From a virus: DNA of 64,000 nt. The notes beneath the pieces were generated by a model. It was not told the DNA's origin, ran no database searches, and saw only the letters and a list, made by a program, of their open reading frames with translations. Where the stretch lies: positions 123,751-187,750 of IMG/VR virus record IMGVR_UViG_3300027793_000055; one strand, written 5' to 3'. Shown in pieces: positions 1 to 9,162 of the stretch. The position numbers and the translations under genes are program-made. Within the stretch, counting starts at the first letter, position 1. The number at the start of each line of letters is the position of its first letter.

Positions 1-230
1 TTTTTATTTTTTTTAGATTTCTGCTCAACAACAATTTCTTCTGGCTTTCGTGATTTAACTACAAATTTACCAGTCGATGGTAGAAATTTTACTTTTGCTT
101 TTAGTCCATCTTTGCTATCAGTAAGCAAATTTTTTCTTACAGAATCCGCTGTTTCAAAACTGTCACAGACTTTTTCGACTTTCCACGGTTGACCTTGTTT
201 TTGTTCAACCACTTCTTTAAGATCGTTCAT
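1..230 (-). CDS. hypothetical protein, runs off window edge (MNDLKEVVEQKQGQPWKV...)
   Basis: manual translation from ATG at 230; no stop before position 1; not in ORF track. Confidence 0.6.
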   Translation of the reverse strand, partial: MNDLKEVVEQKQGQPWKVEKVCDSFETADSVRKNLLTDSKDGLKAKVKFLPSTGKFVVKSRKPEEIVVEQKSKKNK

Positions 231-306
231 ATTGTGCTCCAAAATATTTAACGGAATTACAGAGATTCAAAATCGTAATTTCAATTCTTCTGAACTATTT
301 ACTGTT

Positions 307-960
307 ATGAAGATGTATAACAGAACTTGTCTTGTTTGTAAATGTAATTTTCTTAGAAATTCAAGCGATGAAGCTAGCAGAAGAAATAAAAATATGATTT
401 TGGAATTTTGTTCTAAAAACTGTTATAAGCAGTATCAACAAAATTTAAAAACCAAAGTCAACTGTCGCAATTGTAATACTAGTTTTTTTAAAAAACAAAA
501 TCAAATTTTAAAAACAAAAAATAATTTTTGTTCCAAATCATGCGCGGCGACTTTCAATAATAAGAATAAAGTCTTTGGTATTCGACGCTCTAAATTAGAA
601 ATGTATATAGAAGAACAATTAAGAAATGATTTTCCATCTTTAAAATTTGTTTTTAATTCAAAAGAATTGATACAATCAGAATTAGATATTTTTATACCTG
701 AATTAAAATTAGCTTTTGAATTAAATGGAATATTTCATTATGAACCAATTTATGGTAATTCAAAACTTGATAAAATTCAAAATAACGATAAACAAAAAAT
801 TATCGCCTGTTTTGAACAAGGAATAGAACTTTGTATAATTGATACTTCATCTTGTAAGTATTTAAATAATAACAATAAAATTAAATATTATAAAATTGTT
901 AAGGACTTGGTCATTCAAAATATTGAACGTGCAGAAAAAACCAACGTGCAGGTGCCTTAA
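307..960 (+). CDS. putative free-standing homing endonuclease (Cys-rich repeats + PD-(D/E)XK/Vsr-like domain)
   Basis: CxxC...FCSKxC repeats, ELDIFIPELKLAFELNGIFHY motif; only convincing + strand gene; start set to ATG 307, 5 nt after ACTATTTA (294-301). Confidence 0.7.
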   Translation: MKMYNRTCLVCKCNFLRNSSDEASRRNKNMILEFCSKNCYKQYQQNLKTKVNCRNCNTSFFKKQNQILKTKNNFCSKSCAATFNNKNKVFGIRRSKLEMYIEEQLRNDFPSLKFVFNSKELIQSELDIFIPELKLAFELNGIFHYEPIYGNSKLDKIQNNDKQKIIACFEQGIELCIIDTSSCKYLNNNNKIKYYKIVKDLVIQNIERAEKTNVQVP

Positions 961-970
961 TTTTTTTCCT

Positions 971-1055
971 CGGGCAGAGTGAGATTCGAACTCACGATAC
1001 CTCTCGGTATGCCGGGTTAGTAATCCGGTGCCGTAAGCCACTTGGCTATCTGCCC
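971..1055 (-). tRNA. tRNA-Ser(ACT), long variable arm, CCA not encoded
   Basis: GGGCAGA/TCTGCCC acceptor, G73, loop TT-ACT-AA, ATACC-GAGA-GGTAT variable arm, GTGAG-TTCGAAT-CTCAC T arm. Confidence 0.9.
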
Positions 1056-1064
1056 ACTTTAAGT

Positions 1065-1093
1065 ATCATAAACCAAACTTGAAGGTTTGTAAA
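1065..1093 (-). promoter_or_regulatory. sigma70-type promoter for tRNA-Ser
   Basis: TTTACA-17 bp-TATGAT, 9 nt before tRNA 5' end. Confidence 0.6.
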
Positions 1094-1098
1094 GAGGT

Positions 1099-1695
1099 TT
1101 ATCGTTGTGTCTTATTGCCTTGTGCTGCTGCACGGCGGCGAGTAATTTCGCTATCTTCTGGACTGATTACGGTTGATTTTGGTTGTTGTCTTTTTGCTCT
1201 TCCAATTGCAGTTTGTTTTGCTGCTTGAACTTTAATTCTTTCTTCTTCGTCTTCATCAGAGTCTTCTTCAGAGTCTTCTTCACCAGCTTCTTTTTTTTGT
1301 AGATCTAATCTTGCTTGTGTAATTTCTTCTGGCTCTTCTACTTTCTGTTCTAGGAAAGCTTTAAACCCGGAAATATTTTCCTTATCTAGACCTATTTTAA
1401 ATAAAAGATTTTCTATGTAATCGTGCACATGTGTATTTGATATTTTTCTTCCTGCAATTACATCTTCTTCCGGCGTACCAGTTACAAGACCAGAAGATCT
1501 ATTTAATTGTGTTCCAAAGTTTTCTATTTCTTGTATTTGAGAAATAATTTTTGCTTCAGGAGTGTTTGGTTCTGGTTGGAACTCGGTTACAAAATATTTT
1601 AAAACATCAACAGCATCTTGATGAATTGTTGATTCGCTTCTTTCTTGCAACATATTTTTTTTAAATTCTTGTAATAGTTTTTTCATGTCATTCAT
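1099..1695 (-). CDS. hypothetical (probable virion) protein, acidic/basic C-terminus
   Basis: ORF track 1099-1725; start moved to ATG 1695 (MNDMKKLLQEF). Confidence 0.75.
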   Translation of the reverse strand: MNDMKKLLQEFKKNMLQERSESTIHQDAVDVLKYFVTEFQPEPNTPEAKIISQIQEIENFGTQLNRSSGLVTGTPEEDVIAGRKISNTHVHDYIENLLFKIGLDKENISGFKAFLEQKVEEPEEITQARLDLQKKEAGEEDSEEDSDEDEEERIKVQAAKQTAIGRAKRQQPKSTVISPEDSEITRRRAAAQGNKTQR

Positions 1696-1696
1696 T

Positions 1697-2647
1697 TTAA
1701 ACACCACCTGCACCGGGAGGAGCACTTTTTGCTCTATCTGTTGGTGCCTTATTTGGATAAGCTGAACCGGCCGGCTGTTTTCCTTTTGTTAACAAGCGAA
1801 CCTTCCAACCTTTGCCTTTCTTTTCCATTTCTTTCTGAAAATTGCTTTTTTCTTCAGCAACAGTTTCTGGTTTTGCTGCCATCTCTTTTGCGTCTTTTTG
1901 AGCTTTTCTAGCAGCTTTTTGAAATTCAATTGCAGATAATTTTTTATATTTTGCTGAATTAATTATCTCTGGATTATCCGAGTCTTTTGCCATTTTCTCT
2001 TGAGCCTCTGCAGCCTTTCTTTCAGAATCAGCATCTCTGATCATATTATTGGCATTACTAACTGCTTGTTGTGCAACAGCTTTTGGATCCTCTTCTTCAA
2101 AAAGTTTATGAAGTTCACTTAAAACAATATTTTTTATATATTGTCTATCTTCTTCCAATAAACCATCATTAATTTCTAACGATTCCGATTTCTTACCCCA
2201 TTCTTCACCTTTACCAGATGAATCACAATCACTTGGTTTTGGTCTACACGCAGGATATTTGGCTCTTTTTTCACCTTCTTGTCTACCACATGTTTTACAA
2301 GTTTTTTTACCTGTTTCTTTATCTGTTCGACAAGTATTACAATCTACCCAGCCTTTGCTTTTTCCTTTTCCACCTTGACGTGAAAACCATCCGCTCAAAC
2401 TACTTTCTTTTTCTTTTTTAAAATCTGGCTTCTTCTTTTTCTTCTCTAAGAAAAATTCTAATTCTTCTGAAATTATATTTAATATTTCTTCTGTTAATTG
2501 TTCTTCTGATAAGCCTTTCCAGATTTTACCTTGGCGACATTTTACAACAGCACCAGAAGCATAAGCAGATGGCCATACATCATATTTACGTTTTGCAATA
2601 CGTGTACAGCGGTCGCCTTTCTTCTTCTTCTCAAAAATAATTTTCAT
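1697..2647 (-). CDS. conserved large-phage (probable virion) protein
   Basis: WPSAYASG..VKC, L..WF, WVDC, YPACRP motifs recalled from large-phage proteins; ACTATTTA upstream. Confidence 0.75.
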   Translation of the reverse strand: MKIIFEKKKKGDRCTRIAKRKYDVWPSAYASGAVVKCRQGKIWKGLSEEQLTEEILNIISEELEFFLEKKKKKPDFKKEKESSLSGWFSRQGGKGKSKGWVDCNTCRTDKETGKKTCKTCGRQEGEKRAKYPACRPKPSDCDSSGKGEEWGKKSESLEINDGLLEEDRQYIKNIVLSELHKLFEEEDPKAVAQQAVSNANNMIRDADSERKAAEAQEKMAKDSDNPEIINSAKYKKLSAIEFQKAARKAQKDAKEMAAKPETVAEEKSNFQKEMEKKGKGWKVRLLTKGKQPAGSAYPNKAPTDRAKSAPPGAGGV

Positions 2648-2658
2648 AAAAATAAATA

Positions 2659-2690
2659 GTGCGTAACACGGTTAATACCACATTACGCAC
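2659..2690 (-). terminator. hairpin overlapping putative late-promoter motif
   Basis: GTGCGTAA/TTACGCAC stem in intergenic gap. Confidence 0.4.
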
Positions 2691-2698
2691 CACATTAA

Positions 2699-2905
2699 TC
2701 AATCTTGTTTGTTTTCTTGTTCGGCTTTTGCTGCAGCTTCATTTAATGATTTAATTACAAATTCTTGAAGTTGTTCCTCAGTTAATTCTTCTACTGTTAC
2801 TCCGTAACTTTTAGCAATTGCAGCCTCTGCTTCGTCATCTACTTCAAAGTCTAGAGTAACTGTACCATCACCATTTTCTTTAATACTATCAACTTTAATT
2901 TTCAT
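2699..2905 (-). CDS. hypothetical protein
   Basis: ORF track; ATGA overlap with upstream gene. Confidence 0.75.
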   Translation of the reverse strand: MKIKVDSIKENGDGTVTLDFEVDDEAEAAIAKSYGVTVEELTEEQLQEFVIKSLNEAAAKAEQENKQD

Positions 2906-3285
2906 TTTACTCTCCCAAAGTCATCTTCGTATCTGATAATATCATCTTCTCCAAAATAGGTACCGGTCTGAACTTCAATAAATTTAAGTGGTACTGTGCC
3001 AATATTTTCAATACGGTGTTTGGTACCAAACGGTATTTTTACTTTATCACCAGCCTTCATTGTGAATTTCATTACACCAAGTGTCATTAATCCTGTGCCT
3101 TCTGTTATTGTCCATATTTCTTCGCGTTTCTCATGTGATTGCAGACTTAAGCGTTTTTCTGGATTAACTTCAATTATTTTAACTTTGCAGTTATCGTCTT
3201 CATGAAGAATTTTATAATTTCCCCACGGTCTTACTGATGGATCGTTTTGTTTTTTACGTATTGCTGATATTAGTTTTTTAATCAT
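2902..3285 (-). CDS. cupin, mannose-6-phosphate isomerase type II (ManC C-terminal-like)
   Basis: RPWG, LSLQSHEKREEIW, HRIEN, FIEVQTG.YFGEDDI.RYEDDFGR; start moved to 3285 because track start overlaps tRNA-Ala. Confidence 0.85.
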   Translation of the reverse strand: MIKKLISAIRKKQNDPSVRPWGNYKILHEDDNCKVKIIEVNPEKRLSLQSHEKREEIWTITEGTGLMTLGVMKFTMKAGDKVKIPFGTKHRIENIGTVPLKFIEVQTGTYFGEDDIIRYEDDFGRVK

Positions 3286-3294
3286 AGGTTTATT

Positions 3295-3371
3295 TGGTGG
3301 ACCCGGAGACAAATCGAAGTCTCGATTCAAGCGTGCAAGGCTAGCGTTATCGCCACTTTAACTACAAGCCC
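3295..3371 (-). tRNA. tRNA-Ala(TGC), CCA encoded
   Basis: GGGCTTG/CGGGTCC acceptor with G3:U70, loop CT-TGC-AC, A73, CCA; atypical 8-nt T loop. Confidence 0.85.
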
Positions 3372-3392
3372 ATATTCCTTTATTTAACTAGT

Positions 3393-3764
3393 TTACTTTT
3401 CTGAATCATTAAAATAATTTTCTGTTTCATATTGTCTTAAATACGTATTAAAACTCTCTAAATTCATACCTAAAAATCTAGCAGCTTCTGTTTTTGTACG
3501 TGTTGCAGATATAGCAAATTTAAGCATAGCATCTCTTACTATATTAGTAATAGCTGACCACAGTGGAATTCCATATATATGGCCTCCTGAAGCTCTTGCA
3601 GAGAGTTCTAACTTAACTGCTATTACTTCTTCTAAAGAAAGTTTATTTAGAAAGATCTGACATTGCTCATTAATTCTTGATTCACTTTCTAATCTGGATA
3701 TTACAGAGTAATACTTTCTGGTACCATATGGTTTCTTTTTTCTTTGGTATGGTACTGTCTTCAT
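3393..3764 (-). CDS. protein with C-terminal Fis-type HTH
   Basis: TRTKTEAARFLGMN motif. Confidence 0.6.
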   Translation of the reverse strand: MKTVPYQRKKKPYGTRKYYSVISRLESESRINEQCQIFLNKLSLEEVIAVKLELSARASGGHIYGIPLWSAITNIVRDAMLKFAISATRTKTEAARFLGMNLESFNTYLRQYETENYFNDSEK

Positions 3765-4036
3765 TTCTCGTCCTTACTGACACCTAGGATAGCATAGCCG
3801 GCTATATCTTGCCAAGGGCTTTCTCCAAAAGAATCTTTCTTGGTAGCGATCCTGAATAACTTATCGATAAGTCTAGTAATAGCTAGTAGATCTGTATACT
3901 GTTCTGGTTGTACACCATTTGGATATAGGATCTTAATAATCTCAGCACTTTTTTCAAAAGAAGATCCATAAGCTTTATTTTTTTCTTCTACTAAAGATCC
4001 AATACTGGTACCAATTTCTAGAAAAGATCTGCTCAT
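3761..4036 (-). CDS. nucleotide-modification-associated (Nmad1/DUF1599-like) protein
   Basis: EKNKAYGSSF, RLIDKLFRI, E.PWQDIAGYAIL. Confidence 0.6.
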   Translation of the reverse strand: MSRSFLEIGTSIGSLVEEKNKAYGSSFEKSAEIIKILYPNGVQPEQYTDLLAITRLIDKLFRIATKKDSFGESPWQDIAGYAILGVSKDEK

Positions 4037-4235
4037 ACTATTTTCTTTCTTATAAGATCTATATTTTATTAATATAAGATCTTATTATTTATATTTTATT
4101 TTTTAAGATCTGGTAGATCTACTATAATCAGATCTTTTTGGATCTGTTAAGTGGTTGTGACGTCAAATGTGTGATCTGCACAGATCAGATCCGGATCTTC
4201 TGAACAAAGATCCGATCTTGTGCTACATTCTGATC
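4026..4235. other. GATC-dense island (14 GATC in 210 bp), candidate origin or regulatory hub
   Basis: GATC at 4026,4056,4078,4107,4116,4131,4141,4173,4183,4188,4194,4209,4214,4232. Confidence 0.85.
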
Positions 4236-4242
4236 GTTCAGT

Positions 4243-6966
4243 TTAAACTACTGGTGAATCTTTTTGATCTGGTGTTGGTTCACTAGTTGTTTGTTGAGCA
4301 CCTTCTGGTGGTGTTGTATCAACCGGTTTAGCTACATTACCAACTTCTGCTTCTGCTTGATCCATGATAGCAGCTATATTGCTCATATAATAATCTCTAA
4401 ACATTTGACGGTCAGTAGGATTATCAAGACCAGTATATATATCAGTCAATTCGCCAACATAGTTGTCGAAAAACTCAGAAGCTTCTCTTTCACCGGTTGG
4501 TTCTACTTTGAATTCTTGTTCAGTATCTTTCTTCTTTGGTTTCTTTTCTTGTTCCGGATCAAAAAGTCCTGGCAAGAGTTTATTATCAACCGGTTCATCA
4601 ATAGAAACATTAATTTCTTCTTCAAGTTCCGATTCAGAACTACTTTTGCCAGCTTGTAGTTTGGCTTCTAGTTCATCAAACAGTTCTTTAGAACTTTGTA
4701 GAAGACGAGCCTTGAATGCGTCACGCTGTGCTTTATCTGTCTGCAATTGTTTATATTCAGATGAAATAAGTGGCTTCTTAACTTGTAAGAAAGCGCCTAG
4801 TTTATTTAATCCAGTGTTACCATAATTAAAATCTTGTTTTGCTTCTTTTATAAGTTTACGAAGTTCTTTTCTTAGAAGTTGTTCCTGTTGCATTAATTGT
4901 TTTTTCTTTTTCTCACGAAGAAGAAGAGCTTTGCGGATTGTTTTTCTTAATTCTATTTCTTCCATGAATACTTTTCTATCAATCATTTTTTTCTTCCTCG
5001 TGACAATTGCAGGACTAATAGCGACATTTCCTCCTGCCATAGTAGATATTTCTTCTACTTTATCTTTATTTGCAAATATTTTAAAGACTTCTTCTTGTAT
5101 TTCTTCGGCTGTAGATTTCTCTTGCTGCCCTAAGAATGTATCTAGAATAAGTTGTGCAAAACCAGTCTTATTTGATATTTCATCTGGAATGAAATCAATT
5201 AATTGGTTCAGATTTGCATTTGAAATAATTTCACGCATTCTGCTGGCACTTAAAGGTGCTCCACCAAATGAGATTGGTTTTAAAACTTCAACATCAACTT
5301 TTATATTACTTCCTTGTGGAATATATTTAGCAATATTAGCAAATCTATTTGCATCATCTTCCTTATCACCAACACCTAAAAGAATCGATTCACCATAGCT
5401 GGTTTCTTTCTCTACATATTCAAAAATAGCTCTTAATGGTGCTGGTGTAATTTTTAGATCAACATTTGACAATCCAGCTACAGAAATCATTTGTTTTAAT
5501 AATTGATTTGACTTTGTGCCATCAATTATTTGACCTTTTAATTGGCCAGTATTAAATTTTCTATCTTTTGAAGACTTATCACTTGTTAAAATAATAACAT
5601 GATCGGCTTTTGAAGATAGTTGCTTGATAAGTTCAATATGACCTTTGTGCGGTGGTTTGAAGCCGCCGCCTAATAAAGCTATGTCATATTTCTTTGAAGT
5701 TAGAGCAGCTTCTGTTAAATCTTCACTTTCGCCTTTGCTTCCTCTACCATATTTTGATAAACCAAGAATCTGATTAACTGGAGCAAATTTGCCGGTAAAC
5801 TTATAGATGGTACCTTTATAACTAAAAGCAAAGCCTTCTACAGCTGATGAAATTGTATCAACACCTTTTAATTTTTCTAGTTGACGATTAAGAAAATCAA
5901 TATCTCCTTGGTTTCCAGAACTCTGTATGGCCTTAATAGCTACATCTACCTCTTTTGCTAATCTAACTGTTTCTTTTTTATTATCAAGTATGAAGATACT
6001 CTCTAATGTTTTTAACATTTCGGCAGCAAAATCGGTAACTGTTTTTTCAATTGGCTTGATTGCTTCTTTTTTTAGAGTTTTTAAAGATTCAATAACAGAA
6101 TCTACTTCACTGTGTAATTCTTTTGGTAGCTGTTTTTTTATTTCACGTTTACTAAGAGGTACCAATCCTATTGACCCATCAATAATTAATGATTTAATTT
6201 CTAATGGTAATTGCGTCTTTAAGCGCATATTTAAATCTTTTCTTAATAAATCATTAATTGTGTTGTTGTCTGATAAGCCATATTTACTCATAACATTTTC
6301 AACACTAATAAATGCATTTCTTAGAGGTTCTTTATTATCAAGAGCTTTTAAATTTTGAATTGGATTTACAAGAATAGCGTGTCTTTTATCTGATACTTTA
6401 TCTTGAACTTTTTCTAAGAAGTTCATAAACTTAGTTGCTTTTTTATCTGTTTCACCGGTTTCGTCGTCGATTACTTTGGCGGTTGCTTTATCATATAAAG
6501 CATGACCTGTGCGTTGTATAACAAGACCTCTTGTGTCATAATTAACAACATTTCGAGTCCTATCATCCATAACTTCAGCATTATACCAAATATCAGCGTT
6601 AGAACCAAAGAATTCTATTTGCTTATCTACATCTAATAATTTAATTGCTTTTTCAAATATATTGATTGCATCGCCAAAAGCTAGTTTCAAATTTGGATTT
6701 TTATGATCAGTAAAAAATGCTACCATTTCATCTTTTGATAGGCCACCTTCTTTAACTTGAGTTTTGTTTCTTGCGCCAAGTACTGCTTGTTTTTTAACTG
6801 AAAATGATAAATATATATTTTGACCGTCTGTTTTTTCAGTACCCCATAGTTCGCCTTTTGAAGCAAGCCTAAAAACATCTTTTAATTCAGAAAATGTTAA
6901 ATTCCCATTCTCGTATAAATGGGGCATATGCCCTCCAAGGCCACCTTCTAGAAGAATCTTAATCAT
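4243..6966 (-). CDS. multidomain protein: ligase-type nucleotidyltransferase-like N-domain + HIGH-family nucleotidyltransferase + coiled/acidic tail
   Basis: EKTDGQN (KxDG), VEGFAF..YKFTG; GGGFKPPHKGH, PLSASRMR. Confidence 0.75.
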   Translation of the reverse strand: MIKILLEGGLGGHMPHLYENGNLTFSELKDVFRLASKGELWGTEKTDGQNIYLSFSVKKQAVLGARNKTQVKEGGLSKDEMVAFFTDHKNPNLKLAFGDAINIFEKAIKLLDVDKQIEFFGSNADIWYNAEVMDDRTRNVVNYDTRGLVIQRTGHALYDKATAKVIDDETGETDKKATKFMNFLEKVQDKVSDKRHAILVNPIQNLKALDNKEPLRNAFISVENVMSKYGLSDNNTINDLLRKDLNMRLKTQLPLEIKSLIIDGSIGLVPLSKREIKKQLPKELHSEVDSVIESLKTLKKEAIKPIEKTVTDFAAEMLKTLESIFILDNKKETVRLAKEVDVAIKAIQSSGNQGDIDFLNRQLEKLKGVDTISSAVEGFAFSYKGTIYKFTGKFAPVNQILGLSKYGRGSKGESEDLTEAALTSKKYDIALLGGGFKPPHKGHIELIKQLSSKADHVIILTSDKSSKDRKFNTGQLKGQIIDGTKSNQLLKQMISVAGLSNVDLKITPAPLRAIFEYVEKETSYGESILLGVGDKEDDANRFANIAKYIPQGSNIKVDVEVLKPISFGGAPLSASRMREIISNANLNQLIDFIPDEISNKTGFAQLILDTFLGQQEKSTAEEIQEEVFKIFANKDKVEEISTMAGGNVAISPAIVTRKKKMIDRKVFMEEIELRKTIRKALLLREKKKKQLMQQEQLLRKELRKLIKEAKQDFNYGNTGLNKLGAFLQVKKPLISSEYKQLQTDKAQRDAFKARLLQSSKELFDELEAKLQAGKSSSESELEEEINVSIDEPVDNKLLPGLFDPEQEKKPKKKDTEQEFKVEPTGEREASEFFDNYVGELTDIYTGLDNPTDRQMFRDYYMSNIAAIMDQAEAEVGNVAKPVDTTPPEGAQQTTSEPTPDQKDSPVV

Positions 6967-7255
6967 TGATACTATCCTTTTTTTCTTGTAATATTTTAAC
7001 TTGCTCTTGAAGATTACCGTTTTCTTCCTGCAATATTGCTAGACGTTCTTCTAATCTACGTGAATTTCTTTTGATTTCTTTTATCTGTTCTTTCATTATT
7101 TCTAAACGTCTTGCATCTGTTTGAGAACGAGCTTCTACCTTTAAAAGATTTTCTTCAAGAGCCTGAATCCAAGCTTTAAGAGGTGCACTCCTTTTCTCGC
7201 CTTCGTTCAGTAAAAATTCTCTTGTTAAATCATTTAAAGTTTTTGTCATTATCAA
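6959..7255 (-). CDS. coiled-coil protein
   Basis: ORF track; heptad-like sequence; overlaps neighbours. Confidence 0.75.
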   Translation of the reverse strand: MIMTKTLNDLTREFLLNEGEKRSAPLKAWIQALEENLLKVEARSQTDARRLEIMKEQIKEIKRNSRRLEERLAILQEENGNLQEQVKILQEKKDSIND

Positions 7256-7500
7256 TCCTCTTGTTTTGCTGCAGCAACTTCGGCAGCTTTTTCTTTAGCT
7301 TCTTTTTCTGCCTTTGCTTTTGCAGCTTTTACAGCAGCTTCTTTTTCCGCCTTTGCTTTTGCTTCTTCTTTAGCAATTCTATCGGCTTCTGCAGCAGCAC
7401 GTTCGGCAGCTTCTTTATTAGCCTGTTCAATCGCACGCTCAGCTGCTTCTAGTTTTTCTTTTCTTAATTTTAAGATAGCTAGTTTTTTTGATTTTTTCAT
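7252..7500 (-). CDS. Lys/Ala/Glu-rich helical protein
   Basis: ORF track; AKAKAEKEA repeats. Confidence 0.7.
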   Translation of the reverse strand: MKKSKKLAILKLRKEKLEAAERAIEQANKEAAERAAAEADRIAKEEAKAKAEKEAAVKAAKAKAEKEAKEKAAEVAAAKQED

Positions 7501-8090
7501 TTTTGTTCACCACCTTCCTGATCATTATTTAAGTTAAAATCAAATTTAAAACCAAACCGGTTAGCTACGTGTTCAGCAACTTTATCGGCTCGTTTAACAT
7601 AGTATTCTTTAACAGTATCGTTCTCGGTAATATCACCAGAATATTCACCTTCATTTTTTTCGTTCATTTTGTTCTCCAATACTTTTTCAGTATCTTTTTT
7701 ACCAGCTTTATATTGATCTTCCCAGCTTCTAAAACAGCTGTTACCATCGCGATATGCTTCTTCTTCAATTTCTTTTAGATGAGAATCTTCTGTTATATTA
7801 TCTGTAGCTATATTAGTTAATCTACCATCACAATTTTGTTTATGGTGCACTAGCTCATGAGCAATTGATCGTACTATATCTTTTGGATGACGATCTACCG
7901 TATAAACAGTAATAGTCCAATTTTCTGGATCGTAATAGGCTGTTTTTCCTAAAGGGTCGATTGCATTCTGAGGATCGTGACGTAGAAATAAACGTACCGG
8001 CTTGTTAAAGCCAATATACTGTTTTGCAAAAGGATAAAAAGCCCTTACCATTTTTTTAATAAGGGCTGTTTTATTTTCAAACATTCTCAA
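7497..8090 (-). CDS. zincin-like metallopeptidase
   Basis: RSIAHELVHHKQ (HExxH) with downstream EEEAY. Confidence 0.7.
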   Translation of the reverse strand: MRMFENKTALIKKMVRAFYPFAKQYIGFNKPVRLFLRHDPQNAIDPLGKTAYYDPENWTITVYTVDRHPKDIVRSIAHELVHHKQNCDGRLTNIATDNITEDSHLKEIEEEAYRDGNSCFRSWEDQYKAGKKDTEKVLENKMNEKNEGEYSGDITENDTVKEYYVKRADKVAEHVANRFGFKFDFNLNNDQEGGEQK

Positions 8091-8216
8091 ACCTCAGAAA
8101 CAACATATTAAGTTTTTTAACTAACGAGAACAATTATAAATTTTTAGTTCTCTACGCCTTTTACCACTTCACTAGAAAGAAAATAAAAGGTTATTTTAAT
8201 TTAATTAGTTTGTAAA

Positions 8217-9113
8217 TTATTTCTTTCTTGAGAAGAATTTTTCAAGGTCAATTGATTTTTTAACTTGTTTTTGTTGAGCAGGTCTAACATCGATATTTTG
8301 CAATTGAGAAGCATATCTTAATGTATCTACTATTTTTTTATAAACATCCATCAACATTTTAGTATCAGCTAATGCACTGTGCCAATTTTCTGCACTAATA
8401 CCATAAGCAGTGGATACTTTACCTAATGATGAAGAACCTTTCAAGACAGATAGAATATCTCTAGCTCTTTTTTGTACTTTTTCATTAAATGGTTCAAATT
8501 CACCGGAAGCCAAAGTTTTCAATACTGGATTAACCTGATGATTAAGAAGTTGAAGAGTATCAATAACTTTTAACTTTGGTAACGGTTGTTCACTTAGTGT
8601 ATTTATAAATGACATATCAAATGTCGCATTTTGTGCCACAAGAACAGCATCTTTGAAACCGGAAATAAATTCTTTAAATTGATTTAGAGCCATTTGTTGT
8701 TCAACGGTTTGTAAACCTGGCTCACCATACTTAGTCATAGCCAATACATCCTGTGGCTGCTTTAAAGGCTTATTGGACTTCGAATTACGCCTCTCCCATT
8801 CCTTACGCTGGCTTGAATCCAAATCGCTCAGGCGGGCTTTTAAATCGTCTGTGAGTTTAATTTTAACGTGGAATGTATCCATTATTTCAGCTTTTGTAAG
8901 CCAATCATTTGGATCAACTGCAATTGCAGCAATTTCTAACAACTGTTCGTTTTTGGCTTTAAGACCGGTTGTCTCAGTATCAAAGAAGATCCAAATCTTA
9001 TCACCAAGATTATCTAACATATCGAGAACTTCTTCTGGTTTCTTACCAATATAGCTTTTGCCTTTTATATTAACAGCTTCTGTTAAAAATTGTTGCCATT
9101 TGATATCATTCAT
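8217..9113 (-). CDS. DEDDh 3'-5' exonuclease (DnaQ-like)
   Basis: FFDTETTGL, AQNATFD, IDTL, WHSALADT. Confidence 0.85.
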   Translation of the reverse strand: MNDIKWQQFLTEAVNIKGKSYIGKKPEEVLDMLDNLGDKIWIFFDTETTGLKAKNEQLLEIAAIAVDPNDWLTKAEIMDTFHVKIKLTDDLKARLSDLDSSQRKEWERRNSKSNKPLKQPQDVLAMTKYGEPGLQTVEQQMALNQFKEFISGFKDAVLVAQNATFDMSFINTLSEQPLPKLKVIDTLQLLNHQVNPVLKTLASGEFEPFNEKVQKRARDILSVLKGSSSLGKVSTAYGISAENWHSALADTKMLMDVYKKIVDTLRYASQLQNIDVRPAQQKQVKKSIDLEKFFSRKK

Positions 9114-9162
9114 AAATCACCGTTTGTAACTTTATTTTTAAAAACCATTAAAATAACTGCAA

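Noticed and set aside
4026-4235. Illumina adapter contamination as the source of AGATC motifs
   Set aside because: No AGATCGGAAGAGC; motifs occur in both orientations and at fixed distances from promoters
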